Assembly: GCA_030835135.1 (NCBI GenBank)
Contig: JAUQWO010000079.1
Coordinates: 39,396-103,395 of the forward strand
Length of the DNA: 64,000 nucleotides
Reading direction: 5' to 3'
Source: Bacteroidota bacterium
GTDB taxonomy: Bacteria > Bacteroidota > Ignavibacteria > UBA10030 > UBA6906
Part shown: in pieces, positions 47,901 through 55,577 of the stretch
How the letters are laid out: every line of letters begins with the position of its first letter
Numbering within the stretch: position 1 is the stretch's first letter
Notes under the pieces: model-generated
What the model saw: the letters and a program-made list of their open reading frames with translations, nothing else
What the model was told of the DNA's origin: nothing
Database searches by the model: none
Made by a program: the position numbers and the translations under genes

Positions 47901-48100
47901 CCATCCCGCTGCAGTCGCAGGTGGAACTGAAGGTCTACAACGTGGTCGGTCAGGAAGTGGCAACGCTGGTGAACGAGGTCCAGAAGTCCGGTGTCCATAA
48001 CGTGAAGTTCAGCGCAACGAACTTTGCCAGTGGCGTGTATTTCTACCGGCTGGTTGCTGGCAACTTCGTCAGCGTGAAGAAGATGGTGCTGGTGAAGTAG
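44921..48100 (+). CDS. T9SS type-A cargo: Asp-box (BNR/YCF48-like) propeller plus tandem CBM20-like domains
   Basis: SYDHGNSW/STDGGATW/STDAGQTW/SVDAGATW/TTNGGLTW repeats; VTFRLN..YKYVI..WE modules; LAQNYPNPFNPTT..SGVYFYRL..KKMVLVK. Confidence 0.85.
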   Translation: MKHFAKLLLSLLVIAGVSLGYAGSAEKTAEEGGKVIVPMNPANLDGLNSGWVPVMPDQGSVTYGGAQYLAPATVFLSGYSTTADYLYRSYDHGNSWTRLAPPTSNKGFVFAARDSNLVVAGTFGGTVLRSTDGGATWDTTYQHVDYIDGIVFVGQDTLVASGDFDDKGFLMIRSTDAGQTWTRQTIAPADSAMSYAYATYRQSIAVYNKTVWVTLYKSGVNARIMKSVDAGATWTSWEVPLTGGTAQNYYLRSINMLDDSIGFAVDRQVGSGLANYLHRTTNGGLTWSDTLNMQAGAHAEARVKTAKGIPGTNKVIVGGFGASTAKMWISDNLGVAGSFTPVAVPGTDITNIAILDSTHMITAGINTVLKYTGKNVRQVTFRLNTATVPDTLPVTGQTVQIRGGVNHAGGVSPITWGSEAQNSMTKVGGDYWKKTVYMQVGDTLSYKYVIAYSTGTGWEQGVVPADFPAQTNANRSLIVPDKDTTLNVEFWNNGANTRPQYFRPYADAADSFFTVYFRVNMNGVISGGTYGYNGDKDTLAVRGGGSAGSDLDWGRSSFLTRESPASNGDGYTSPANSFWSAGVKIKKAGLTEGATIGFKYLIGSDWNRPGTGAKADEATDRNFKVPVGFQDTTLTWVYFNNETPTVRANPDTIKITFRANLAQAAANGGFNVTTDTLYVRTGYFNTTNESGRSKMMTRVSGTIFQLSDTIITAKKKVMDYQYYTVRDGQDIRETYYNFFYTGPVPSEAERRQVMIDSLASKTVAQVVLDTATSITVARRQPVFPNGRKLARTVNVKWEVDLRPAYYQVKLGGDSLSDIQGTYTIHTSEVDSIMKWGVWINGPAAGGWSNDGGDWGLPLASNLAKKLYDNGTNGDRVAGDSIFTRQILASPDSVAIGTKDRVGQTFKFGIRGGDNEGGKGGFGNNHNENIVDTDTIYTLSSQFGSINPAFYDAWDYDLRKPKTPTSVFDADKPLVYELAQNYPNPFNPTTKIEYSIPLQSQVELKVYNVVGQEVATLVNEVQKSGVHNVKFSATNFASGVYFYRLVAGNFVSVKKMVLVK

Positions 48101-48120
48101 GGCGTCACACCGATGTCCGG

Positions 48121-48158
48121 GAAGGCGGTTCCGGCTCCTCCGGAGCCGCCTTCTTTTT
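48121..48158 (+). terminator. Intrinsic terminator
   Basis: GAAGGCGGTTCCGG-CTCCT-CCGGAGCCGCCTTC followed by TTTTT. Confidence 0.85.
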
Positions 48159-48222
48159 GTTTGCGGCAGCCGCAGGACAACGCAACGAACGTAACGACGT
48201 GAACGTGAGTGCCACTACCTCC

Positions 48223-50028
48223 ATGATCCGATCCCTGTTCCCCCTCCTCCTGGTCTTCACGTGCAGCGTGGCGGCCCAGACCGGCCCCGCGGAGCACGCG
48301 GTGATCGCACGGGTGGGACATGCCTTCATCAGCGAACGGGAGTTCGTGGAGCGCTTTGAACTGACGCCGGGCCTCTACCGTCATCGAAAGCCGCAGCTGG
48401 AAGCCGAGAAGCTCCAGATGCTGTATTCGATGGTGGCCGAGAAACTCCTGGCCCAGGAAGCCACCGCACGCGCACTCGATACCACCGCGCTCTTTCGTGC
48501 TGCACTCGCGGATCTGACGAAGCTTCTTGTCCGCGATGAACTCTACCGTCAGGAAGTACGTGCGCATGTCCGGATCACGCCGGCCGAGGTCCGCCAGGGA
48601 GTGCAGCGCGCACGCGAGCGGCGGCTCATTCGCTTCCTCTTCTTCGAACGGGAAGAAGATGCCCGGTTCATCCGCGGACAACTCCGTTCGACCGCCGATC
48701 TGGACCGGCTCGCACTGGATCCGACGATGCAGGCGATGAAGGATACCGCGACCGTGCACTGGGGCGATGCTGATGAAGCGATCGAGCAGGCGGTCTATGC
48801 CCTCGGCCGCAATGCTCTGTCGCCCGTCGTTCGTGCTGGCAACGGCTTCTATATCCTCCGGCTGGTCTCCGTTGCTCCGGATGCGGCTGTTCTCGCATTC
48901 CCCGCGGAGACACTGAAGGAGCGCGTGGAGTCGACCCTCCGGGTCCGGAAAGAACGGGTGCGTGAAGCGGCATTCCTTGAAGACCTGCTCGCGTCACGCC
49001 CGGCCTCATCACCGCCGGCGACGTTCCGGATCGTGGCGGAGACGGTGGCACGGATCTTCCGCGATGCCTATACACCTCCCTCGATGGCGTTCACACCGGC
49101 GATGCGCGACGCGGCACTCATGCGGCTCGCCGGTCGGACCGCTGACACCCTGATCATCGCAGGCGACAGGATCTGGACGGTCGCCGAAGCCCTCGACCGC
49201 CTGGTCCAACGCGGGTTCACCATGACCGGCGATTCGGTCCGTGGTACGGCAGCCCGGTTGTACACCGTCTTCCGCGAATGGGCACACCAGGAACTCCTCG
49301 CCCAGGAAGGGCTGGCACGTGGGCTCGATCGTCATCCTGAGGTCGTTCGCCGGCTTGGCCCGTGGAAGGATCATTATCTCGCCGGGATGGTCGAACGGAA
49401 GATCAGCGACAGGGTCGAGATCACCGAGGCGGAGGTCTATGCCTACCTCACGAGCACTGATGCCTCCGTGCAGGTCCCGGAGGTACGCCTGCGCGTGTTG
49501 CGGACGGGAAGTATGGATGAGATGCAGGCCGCGTTCAGGATGATGGAGCAGGGCCGATCGTTCGAAGAGGCGATCGCGGCGTGCGGGACGGATGACCGCC
49601 ACGGCGACACGGGGTTCTTTCCTGTTACCGCCCGCCCGCCGCTCGGGTTCCTCGCGTCACGACTCGATCCCGGACAGTTCTACGGCCCCTTTCGTGATTC
49701 GTCCGGATACGTCTACATGCAACTGGTTGAGAAAAGGAATGACAGGGATCCGGTCGACACCACGGGTGCGGCACGCCTGGCAGCGGCACGCGACGAGGTG
49801 CACCGGATGAAGACCCGCCGCACCATCACCCGGTTCCTGGCGCGGAGCGCGGCCAGCAATGGATTCGAGGTGTACCAGGACCGGCTGAAGATGGTGAACG
49901 TGACGCCGATCCCGATGCTCGCGTACCGGCTGCTCGGGTTCGGCGGGCGCATGTTCGATGTGCCGTTCGTGCAGCCACAGATCGACTGGCTGAATGAAGA
50001 GCCTCCACACGAGGTGATCCTCCCGTGA
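48223..50028 (+). CDS. Periplasmic SurA/PrsA-like (parvulin-type) chaperone, degenerate PPIase
   Basis: Signal peptide; IARVG..I...EF, EKLLAQEA, IEQAVYAL..SPVV..GFYILRL, GDTGF, GQFYGP; two-lobed architecture. Confidence 0.7.
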   Translation: MIRSLFPLLLVFTCSVAAQTGPAEHAVIARVGHAFISEREFVERFELTPGLYRHRKPQLEAEKLQMLYSMVAEKLLAQEATARALDTTALFRAALADLTKLLVRDELYRQEVRAHVRITPAEVRQGVQRARERRLIRFLFFEREEDARFIRGQLRSTADLDRLALDPTMQAMKDTATVHWGDADEAIEQAVYALGRNALSPVVRAGNGFYILRLVSVAPDAAVLAFPAETLKERVESTLRVRKERVREAAFLEDLLASRPASSPPATFRIVAETVARIFRDAYTPPSMAFTPAMRDAALMRLAGRTADTLIIAGDRIWTVAEALDRLVQRGFTMTGDSVRGTAARLYTVFREWAHQELLAQEGLARGLDRHPEVVRRLGPWKDHYLAGMVERKISDRVEITEAEVYAYLTSTDASVQVPEVRLRVLRTGSMDEMQAAFRMMEQGRSFEEAIAACGTDDRHGDTGFFPVTARPPLGFLASRLDPGQFYGPFRDSSGYVYMQLVEKRNDRDPVDTTGAARLAAARDEVHRMKTRRTITRFLARSAASNGFEVYQDRLKMVNVTPIPMLAYRLLGFGGRMFDVPFVQPQIDWLNEEPPHEVILP

Positions 50029-51998
50029 ACGCGCAGGACCGGGTCCGAACGATCTCCCGTGGGAAGCGGCTGGCATTCAGTCTGGTTCCCACGCTCGGGA
50101 TCATTCTGCTCCTTGTGGCGGCGGAGTACATCCTGCGCGCGACCGGTTCGGCCGTGGATGATGGCCTGGTCAGCGAGGTGCAATTCGATGGGACCACCTG
50201 GTATCAGACCAACCGGTCCTACCTCCGGCGCTATTTCCCGCCGCAGAGTCCCCTGGTGCCCGAATTCAAGACGGTCCTGTTTCGCAAGGAGAAGCTGCCC
50301 GGGACCTTCCGTGTGTTCTGTCTCGGCAGCTCGTCGATGTTCGGTACGCCGTACGACATGAACGCGAACATCCCGGGAATACTCCGGAGGCAACTGCGTA
50401 CCAGGTATCCGTCGAAGGAATGGGAGGTCATCAATCTCGGTGCCTCGGCGATCAACAGCAACGTCGTGCGGGACTTTGCGCCGGAGCTGCTGCAGTTCAC
50501 GCCGGATCTCATCCTGATCTACATGGGGCACAACGAATACTATGGCCCCGATGGTCTTGGCGCATCGTTCCTGGAGAAGATGGTCCCAGACCTCACGCCG
50601 CTCAAGTATCGCGCGCGTCGCCTCCGTCTGGTGCAACTCCTGCAGGGGTGGTTGGCGTCCGCGGACGCCGGCCAGGGGACAGCGGCGAACCTCATGCAGC
50701 AGGTCTCCCGGGGACAGCACGTGCCGCTTCATTCGGTGGAGAGTGACCTGGTCATGCAGCGGTTCGGGCAGAATCTCGATGCGATCCTGACCACGTTCAC
50801 AAAGGCGGGCGTCCCTGTCCTGATCAGCGATCTGGCCTCGAATGTCATGTTCCCGCCGTTCGCTGCCGACACGCTGATCGCAGACACACCCGCGGCGGTC
50901 TTTGACGCAGCCATGCGTGCCGACGTTGCGGTGCACCGCTACGCCGACATGATCCGGAGGGCGGACGGTCTCGGCACAACAGGGGCGGATCATCCGGTTG
51001 CACAGTACTGGAAGGGCGTTGCCCTCCGTGCCCTCGGCCGTCCGGCTGATGCTGCACCGCTGCTCAGGGCGGCCCGCGATAACGACCTTCTCAAGTTCCG
51101 GGCGCCGGGGGTGGTGGACTCGATCATCCACGCAACTGCGGAGCGCTGCGGAGTACCCTGCATTTCTGCGGACACGCTCCTGCAGCGTGCGTCGGCGGAT
51201 GGCATTGCAGGTGATTCGCTGTTCTGGGAGCATCTCCATCCGACGCCCGCGGGATACTACTGTATCGCGTCGGGATTCCTGGATGCCATCACCCGGAGCG
51301 GCGTCGTGCGGGAACCTCCCGCCACCCTCGTGCCGGTCCCGTTCCATATGGATTCGTTGCATATCTGCTGGCTGGACCTTGCGTACGGCGATGCGTCCAT
51401 CCGGCATCTGACCGGCCGCTGGCCATTCGAGCACTACGTGCGGAGCCCGCTGGTCCTCGGCGGAGCGGATCCCCCGCTTGCGGACCTCGTGCGCGACACG
51501 CACGCGAGGCGACTGGCTTGGAACGATGCGTGCTATCGTTCGGCGACGATGTTCTGGCGGAACGGGCGGATGCAGGAAGCCCTGACGACCTATAGGGCGA
51601 TGCTCGAGGAGTACCCGTACAGTTTCTATACGAACTATCTTGCGGGAAGTCTGCTGAACACGATGGGGCGGGGTGCTGAAGCGGTCGGCTATCTGAAGAC
51701 CTCCGTGCACTCCAATCCTGACTATCTCCAAGCACGTCTGGACCTCGGTCTGCTCGATGTGAATGCGGGGAGATACCGGGAAGGCGAAGAGCAATTGCGG
51801 TTCGTGGTACAGAAGGCCGGGTCGTCACCTGAGGACGTGCGGATGAAGGCGAATGCGCTGTATGGCCTCGGTGCCGCTGCGTTCAACCGTGGCGATCAGG
51901 CGACCACCGCGCGGGCCGTCGAGGAAGCGTTGCGCCTTGCGCCGGGATACCCTGACGCGCTCCGGCTACAAGCCGCGGTGCGGCAGATGGGGAGCTGA
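50025..51998 (+). CDS. Membrane-anchored SGNH-like + TPR protein
   Basis: N-terminal TM; RVFCLGSSS, VINLG, YMGHNEYYG, WEHLHP; C-terminal TPRs; GTGA overlap with the upstream gene. Confidence 0.8.
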   Translation: MNAQDRVRTISRGKRLAFSLVPTLGIILLLVAAEYILRATGSAVDDGLVSEVQFDGTTWYQTNRSYLRRYFPPQSPLVPEFKTVLFRKEKLPGTFRVFCLGSSSMFGTPYDMNANIPGILRRQLRTRYPSKEWEVINLGASAINSNVVRDFAPELLQFTPDLILIYMGHNEYYGPDGLGASFLEKMVPDLTPLKYRARRLRLVQLLQGWLASADAGQGTAANLMQQVSRGQHVPLHSVESDLVMQRFGQNLDAILTTFTKAGVPVLISDLASNVMFPPFAADTLIADTPAAVFDAAMRADVAVHRYADMIRRADGLGTTGADHPVAQYWKGVALRALGRPADAAPLLRAARDNDLLKFRAPGVVDSIIHATAERCGVPCISADTLLQRASADGIAGDSLFWEHLHPTPAGYYCIASGFLDAITRSGVVREPPATLVPVPFHMDSLHICWLDLAYGDASIRHLTGRWPFEHYVRSPLVLGGADPPLADLVRDTHARRLAWNDACYRSATMFWRNGRMQEALTTYRAMLEEYPYSFYTNYLAGSLLNTMGRGAEAVGYLKTSVHSNPDYLQARLDLGLLDVNAGRYREGEEQLRFVVQKAGSSPEDVRMKANALYGLGAAAFNRGDQATTARAVEEALRLAPGYPDALRLQAAVRQMGS

Positions 51999-52058
51999 GC
52001 TCGGGCGCCGTGTGCATCCGGCAGCCGCTGTGCAGACCCCCAGGGAGTCGAAGTTCAT

Positions 52059-54038
52059 TTATTGAGCGTTGATCTCGGCCATCAGAGCCACGGCGGGACC
52101 ATAGTCCGGCTTGAGACGGAGCACCTCGGCAAGCCGCTTCACGGCGAGGTCTGTATGTCCGGCCCGACGGTGCGCAAGCGCGAGAAGATAGCCGTTCTCC
52201 ACCTGTTCGGGGGCCGACTGGATGAACCCGAACATGGCGCTGTACATCTTCTCTGCCTCCTCCGGACGTTTGGTCCGGAGGGCGATATCGCCCAGGGCCC
52301 GGTACGCCAGCTGTGTGGGCTTGACGGTGAGCGAGGTGCGCAGGAGGGATTCCATTTCCGGGATCCTGTTGGTCTCCAGGTACACCCGCGCGAGCTGAAG
52401 GTACGGCATGACGTTCACGACCGGGAATTGATCGATGATCGTGCGGTACTCGCGTTCGAGACCGGCAACGTCGCCTCGGGAGCTGTAGTACTCGACCGCT
52501 CCCTCATGTGCCTGCAGCCAGTGGATCTCACCGCGCGTTGCGCGGTCCGCGATGAGCCCGAAGGTGTCGTTCTTTGCGATCGCACTGACCAGTCCCTCCG
52601 TCTCCTGGAACGGCCAGGCGGTGATGAGGACCTCGGTGCGCCGTTCGGCGAGTCGTTCATCGAGCGGGGTGACGCGGCGGTCGCGCCAGAGCGTCGCATC
52701 GGCGATCGTGTCGCGCCGCTCCCATTCCTCCGCGGGGGCGAGGATACCGCGGGACCGCATGGCCTCCGCGTATCCGCGTGCCAGGAGGAACTGGCCGTAC
52801 GATGACGGATGCAGGTGCTCGAGGATCAGTCCGTACCCGATCAGACTATCGCGGGCATGTGCGGCGAAGATCCGCTCCATGTCGACCGTGGCGGTCAGGT
52901 GACCATCGTCCATGGCGAGGATCGCATCATTGAAATCCGTGCTCGTCCGGAACCGCAACTCATCCCGGTCGCGCGCGAGCCGGTACGCAGCGCGTGCTTC
53001 CTCGCGGTGTCCGAGCGTGTCGAGACAGCGCGCGATACGGAAATGAGTCTCGGCGTGATCCGGAAGGATCTGGAGGGCGGTGCGGTACGAGGACAGCGCG
53101 GAGGCGAACGCTCCGGTCATCATCGCGGACTCTCCGGCATTGAATGCGGTGTGGAAGTGCAGTTGCTCGGCCGGTATCAGGGGAGAGGGGTCCGTGGACA
53201 TGAACGGTGGGAGGCCGCGCAGGTTGGAGACTTGCGTGCCGATGATCAGTGGCACCCCGCGCGCGGTGCACAGCGTGCGCATGTCGTCCAGATTCGCCCG
53301 GAAGGCATCGAGTCCGTCGCGATAGAGCGGGCTGTCGTACGGAATGTACCGTCCGCGGGCCAGCTTCTCCATCATGGTCCCGCGCGATGCAGGGTCATCG
53401 CCGGCGAAGAGCTTGCCGAGCAGGGCATAGCCATCGCGCAGTGCCAGGAAGGTACGCAGGTGGATGAGGCGGAGGGACAGATTGGCGAGCCAGCGGGACC
53501 CCCCCATGGATTCACGGGAGGCGACGCCGAGGGCACCATAGAATTCGTTGTGGCCATCGTACACGACGATCAGATCGGGTTCCTTATCCATGACCTCGCG
53601 TGTCATGTCCAGTGCCGTAAAGCTGTTCGTTGCGGTCATCCCGAGGTTGATGACCTCGATATGCCGGTCGGGGAATACCGCTCGGAGGCGGTCGCGGAGG
53701 GAGGAAGAGAACGCGGCATTGTACCAGTACGGAAATCCGACGGTCGTTGAGCCACCGAGGCAGACGATGCGGAATGTGCCGGCGGGTTTCGGCACGAGAA
53801 AGTAATCCGGCGAGGTGGACGGCAGAAAGGAGACCCGGGTGAAGTAGCGGTGCTTCACGCCGGGGTTCATGATATGATACTCCCGGCCGTTGATGATCTC
53901 CGTTGTGAAGAGGGACAGATCGGGCCCGTATCCCATCAGGCGCAGGCCTCCCTCGATGAAGCCGAAGAGAAGGACCGGGAACGCGATCATGATCGCGTAG
54001 TACAACCGTCGCCGCTGGTTCGTCATAGGTGTTCGCAT
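52059..54038 (-). CDS. Membrane-anchored SGNH-like + TPR protein (paralog of 50025..51998)
   Basis: Start 54038 or 54026; RIVCLGGST, VINLG, YDGHNEFYG, ARDRDELRFR, LEHLHP; TPRs. Confidence 0.8.
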   Translation of the reverse strand: MRTPMTNQRRRLYYAIMIAFPVLLFGFIEGGLRLMGYGPDLSLFTTEIINGREYHIMNPGVKHRYFTRVSFLPSTSPDYFLVPKPAGTFRIVCLGGSTTVGFPYWYNAAFSSSLRDRLRAVFPDRHIEVINLGMTATNSFTALDMTREVMDKEPDLIVVYDGHNEFYGALGVASRESMGGSRWLANLSLRLIHLRTFLALRDGYALLGKLFAGDDPASRGTMMEKLARGRYIPYDSPLYRDGLDAFRANLDDMRTLCTARGVPLIIGTQVSNLRGLPPFMSTDPSPLIPAEQLHFHTAFNAGESAMMTGAFASALSSYRTALQILPDHAETHFRIARCLDTLGHREEARAAYRLARDRDELRFRTSTDFNDAILAMDDGHLTATVDMERIFAAHARDSLIGYGLILEHLHPSSYGQFLLARGYAEAMRSRGILAPAEEWERRDTIADATLWRDRRVTPLDERLAERRTEVLITAWPFQETEGLVSAIAKNDTFGLIADRATRGEIHWLQAHEGAVEYYSSRGDVAGLEREYRTIIDQFPVVNVMPYLQLARVYLETNRIPEMESLLRTSLTVKPTQLAYRALGDIALRTKRPEEAEKMYSAMFGFIQSAPEQVENGYLLALAHRRAGHTDLAVKRLAEVLRLKPDYGPAVALMAEINAQ

Positions 54039-54077
54039 AGTCCAATTGGTGGGTTCATTCAATATACAAGGTTCACT

Positions 54078-55577
54078 GTGGAAAGAAAAGGCTGGAGAGC
54101 ATGGGGGAAGGATGTTGTCGGTCGGATCTTCATTGCGCTTGGTCTTGTGGGCGCGGTCGTCCCCTTGCCGGTCGCCGCGCAGCCGCACGTGCCCGCCTGG
54201 GTGGGCGATGCGGTGTTCTACCAGATCTTTCCGGAGCGCTTTGCCAACGGCGATCCGACGAACGACCCCCGCGGCGTGCAACCGTGGGGAGGCGTGCCCC
54301 GCAACGACAACTTCTTCGGGGGCGACCTTGCGGGTATCATCGACCATCTCAACCATCTCCAGAGCCTCGGTATCACGGCGGTCTATCTCAACCCGATCTT
54401 TGCTTCGCCGAGCAATCATAAGTACAATACGACGGACTACATGCGGATCGATCCTTCGTTCGGGGATGATGTGGCGTTCCGAATGCTCGTGGACGAATGC
54501 CACGCGCGGGGGATCCGCGTGATCCTGGATGGGGTCTTCAACCATACATCGACCGATTTCTTCGCGTTCGCCGACCTGCGCAAACGGGGAGCGCGGTCGG
54601 TCTACCGTTCATGGTACAACGTGACCAGCTTTCCGATCGCCCCACCCCAGACCCCGAACTATGAGTGCTGGTGGGGCCACGGCACGATGCCGAAACTCAT
54701 GACTGCCGACCCCTCCGTCCGGTCGTATATCTACGGCGTCACGCGCAAGTGGATGAGTTACGGCATCGATGGGTGGCGGCTGGATGTAGCGAACGAGATA
54801 CCGCACGACTTCTGGAAGGCCTGGCGGACCGTGGTAAAGTCGATCAATCCCGACGCGTACATCTGTGCCGAGATCTGGGACAATGCATCGGCATGGCTGA
54901 ACGGGAATGAATTCGATGCAACGATGAATTACAGGTTCCGGACCGCGGTGCTGAATGGACTGATCTCGCGCACCACGACCCTTGCCGCGATGGATTCCGC
55001 GCTCACGTCACACCGGGCCGACTACAGCCCCGGGGTCAATCATGCATTGCTGAATCTCCTCGGCAGCCATGATACCGAGCGGATCCTTACCGTGGCGGGT
55101 GGTGACACGGCGGCGGTCAGGCTGGCCATGCTCCTCCAGTTCACGTACCCCGGCGCCCCGATGGTCTACTATGGGGATGAGTTCGGAATGAAGGGTGGCA
55201 AGGACCCGGGGTGCCGGGGGACCATGGTGTGGGACGGGAAGGACCAGGACACCACGATGTTCCGTTTCGTCCGCGGCATGACCGCCCTGCGCCGATCGCA
55301 TCCCGTCTGGAGCCGCGGCAACATTCATACGCTGCTGGTTGACGATGACCGGCGTGTGTATGCGTACGAGCGGACGGGAATGGGCGTGCGGGGCGTGGTT
55401 GTGATGAACGATGGCACTGCACCGGCAACGGTGCGCGTTCCGACCAGCACCGAACGCGGCCTGACCTGCTCCGAGGTGTGGCCCGCGCCCGGCGTGCCGT
55501 GTCCGACCAGCGAAGGATGTCTCGAGATCACAGTCCCCGCCCGGTCCGGGCGGGTGTTCCTGGAGGTGAAGGAATGA
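54078..55577 (+). CDS. GH13 neopullulanase/cyclomaltodextrinase-like enzyme, secreted
   Basis: FYQIFPERFANGD, GGDLAG, SNHKY, LDGVFNH, DGWRLDVANE, AEIW, GSHDTER, YYGDE; start uncertain (GTG at 54078). Confidence 0.9.
   Translation: MERKGWRAWGKDVVGRIFIALGLVGAVVPLPVAAQPHVPAWVGDAVFYQIFPERFANGDPTNDPRGVQPWGGVPRNDNFFGGDLAGIIDHLNHLQSLGITAVYLNPIFASPSNHKYNTTDYMRIDPSFGDDVAFRMLVDECHARGIRVILDGVFNHTSTDFFAFADLRKRGARSVYRSWYNVTSFPIAPPQTPNYECWWGHGTMPKLMTADPSVRSYIYGVTRKWMSYGIDGWRLDVANEIPHDFWKAWRTVVKSINPDAYICAEIWDNASAWLNGNEFDATMNYRFRTAVLNGLISRTTTLAAMDSALTSHRADYSPGVNHALLNLLGSHDTERILTVAGGDTAAVRLAMLLQFTYPGAPMVYYGDEFGMKGGKDPGCRGTMVWDGKDQDTTMFRFVRGMTALRRSHPVWSRGNIHTLLVDDDRRVYAYERTGMGVRGVVVMNDGTAPATVRVPTSTERGLTCSEVWPAPGVPCPTSEGCLEITVPARSGRVFLEVKE

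Noticed and set aside
48178-48210. AACG-rich run, loosely complementary to the CGTT-rich run at 44846-44886
   Set aside because: Irregular period and no clean alignment; cannot be distinguished from chance
49713-51794. 693-aa minus-strand ORF
   Set aside because: Antisense shadow of the chaperone and SGNH-TPR genes
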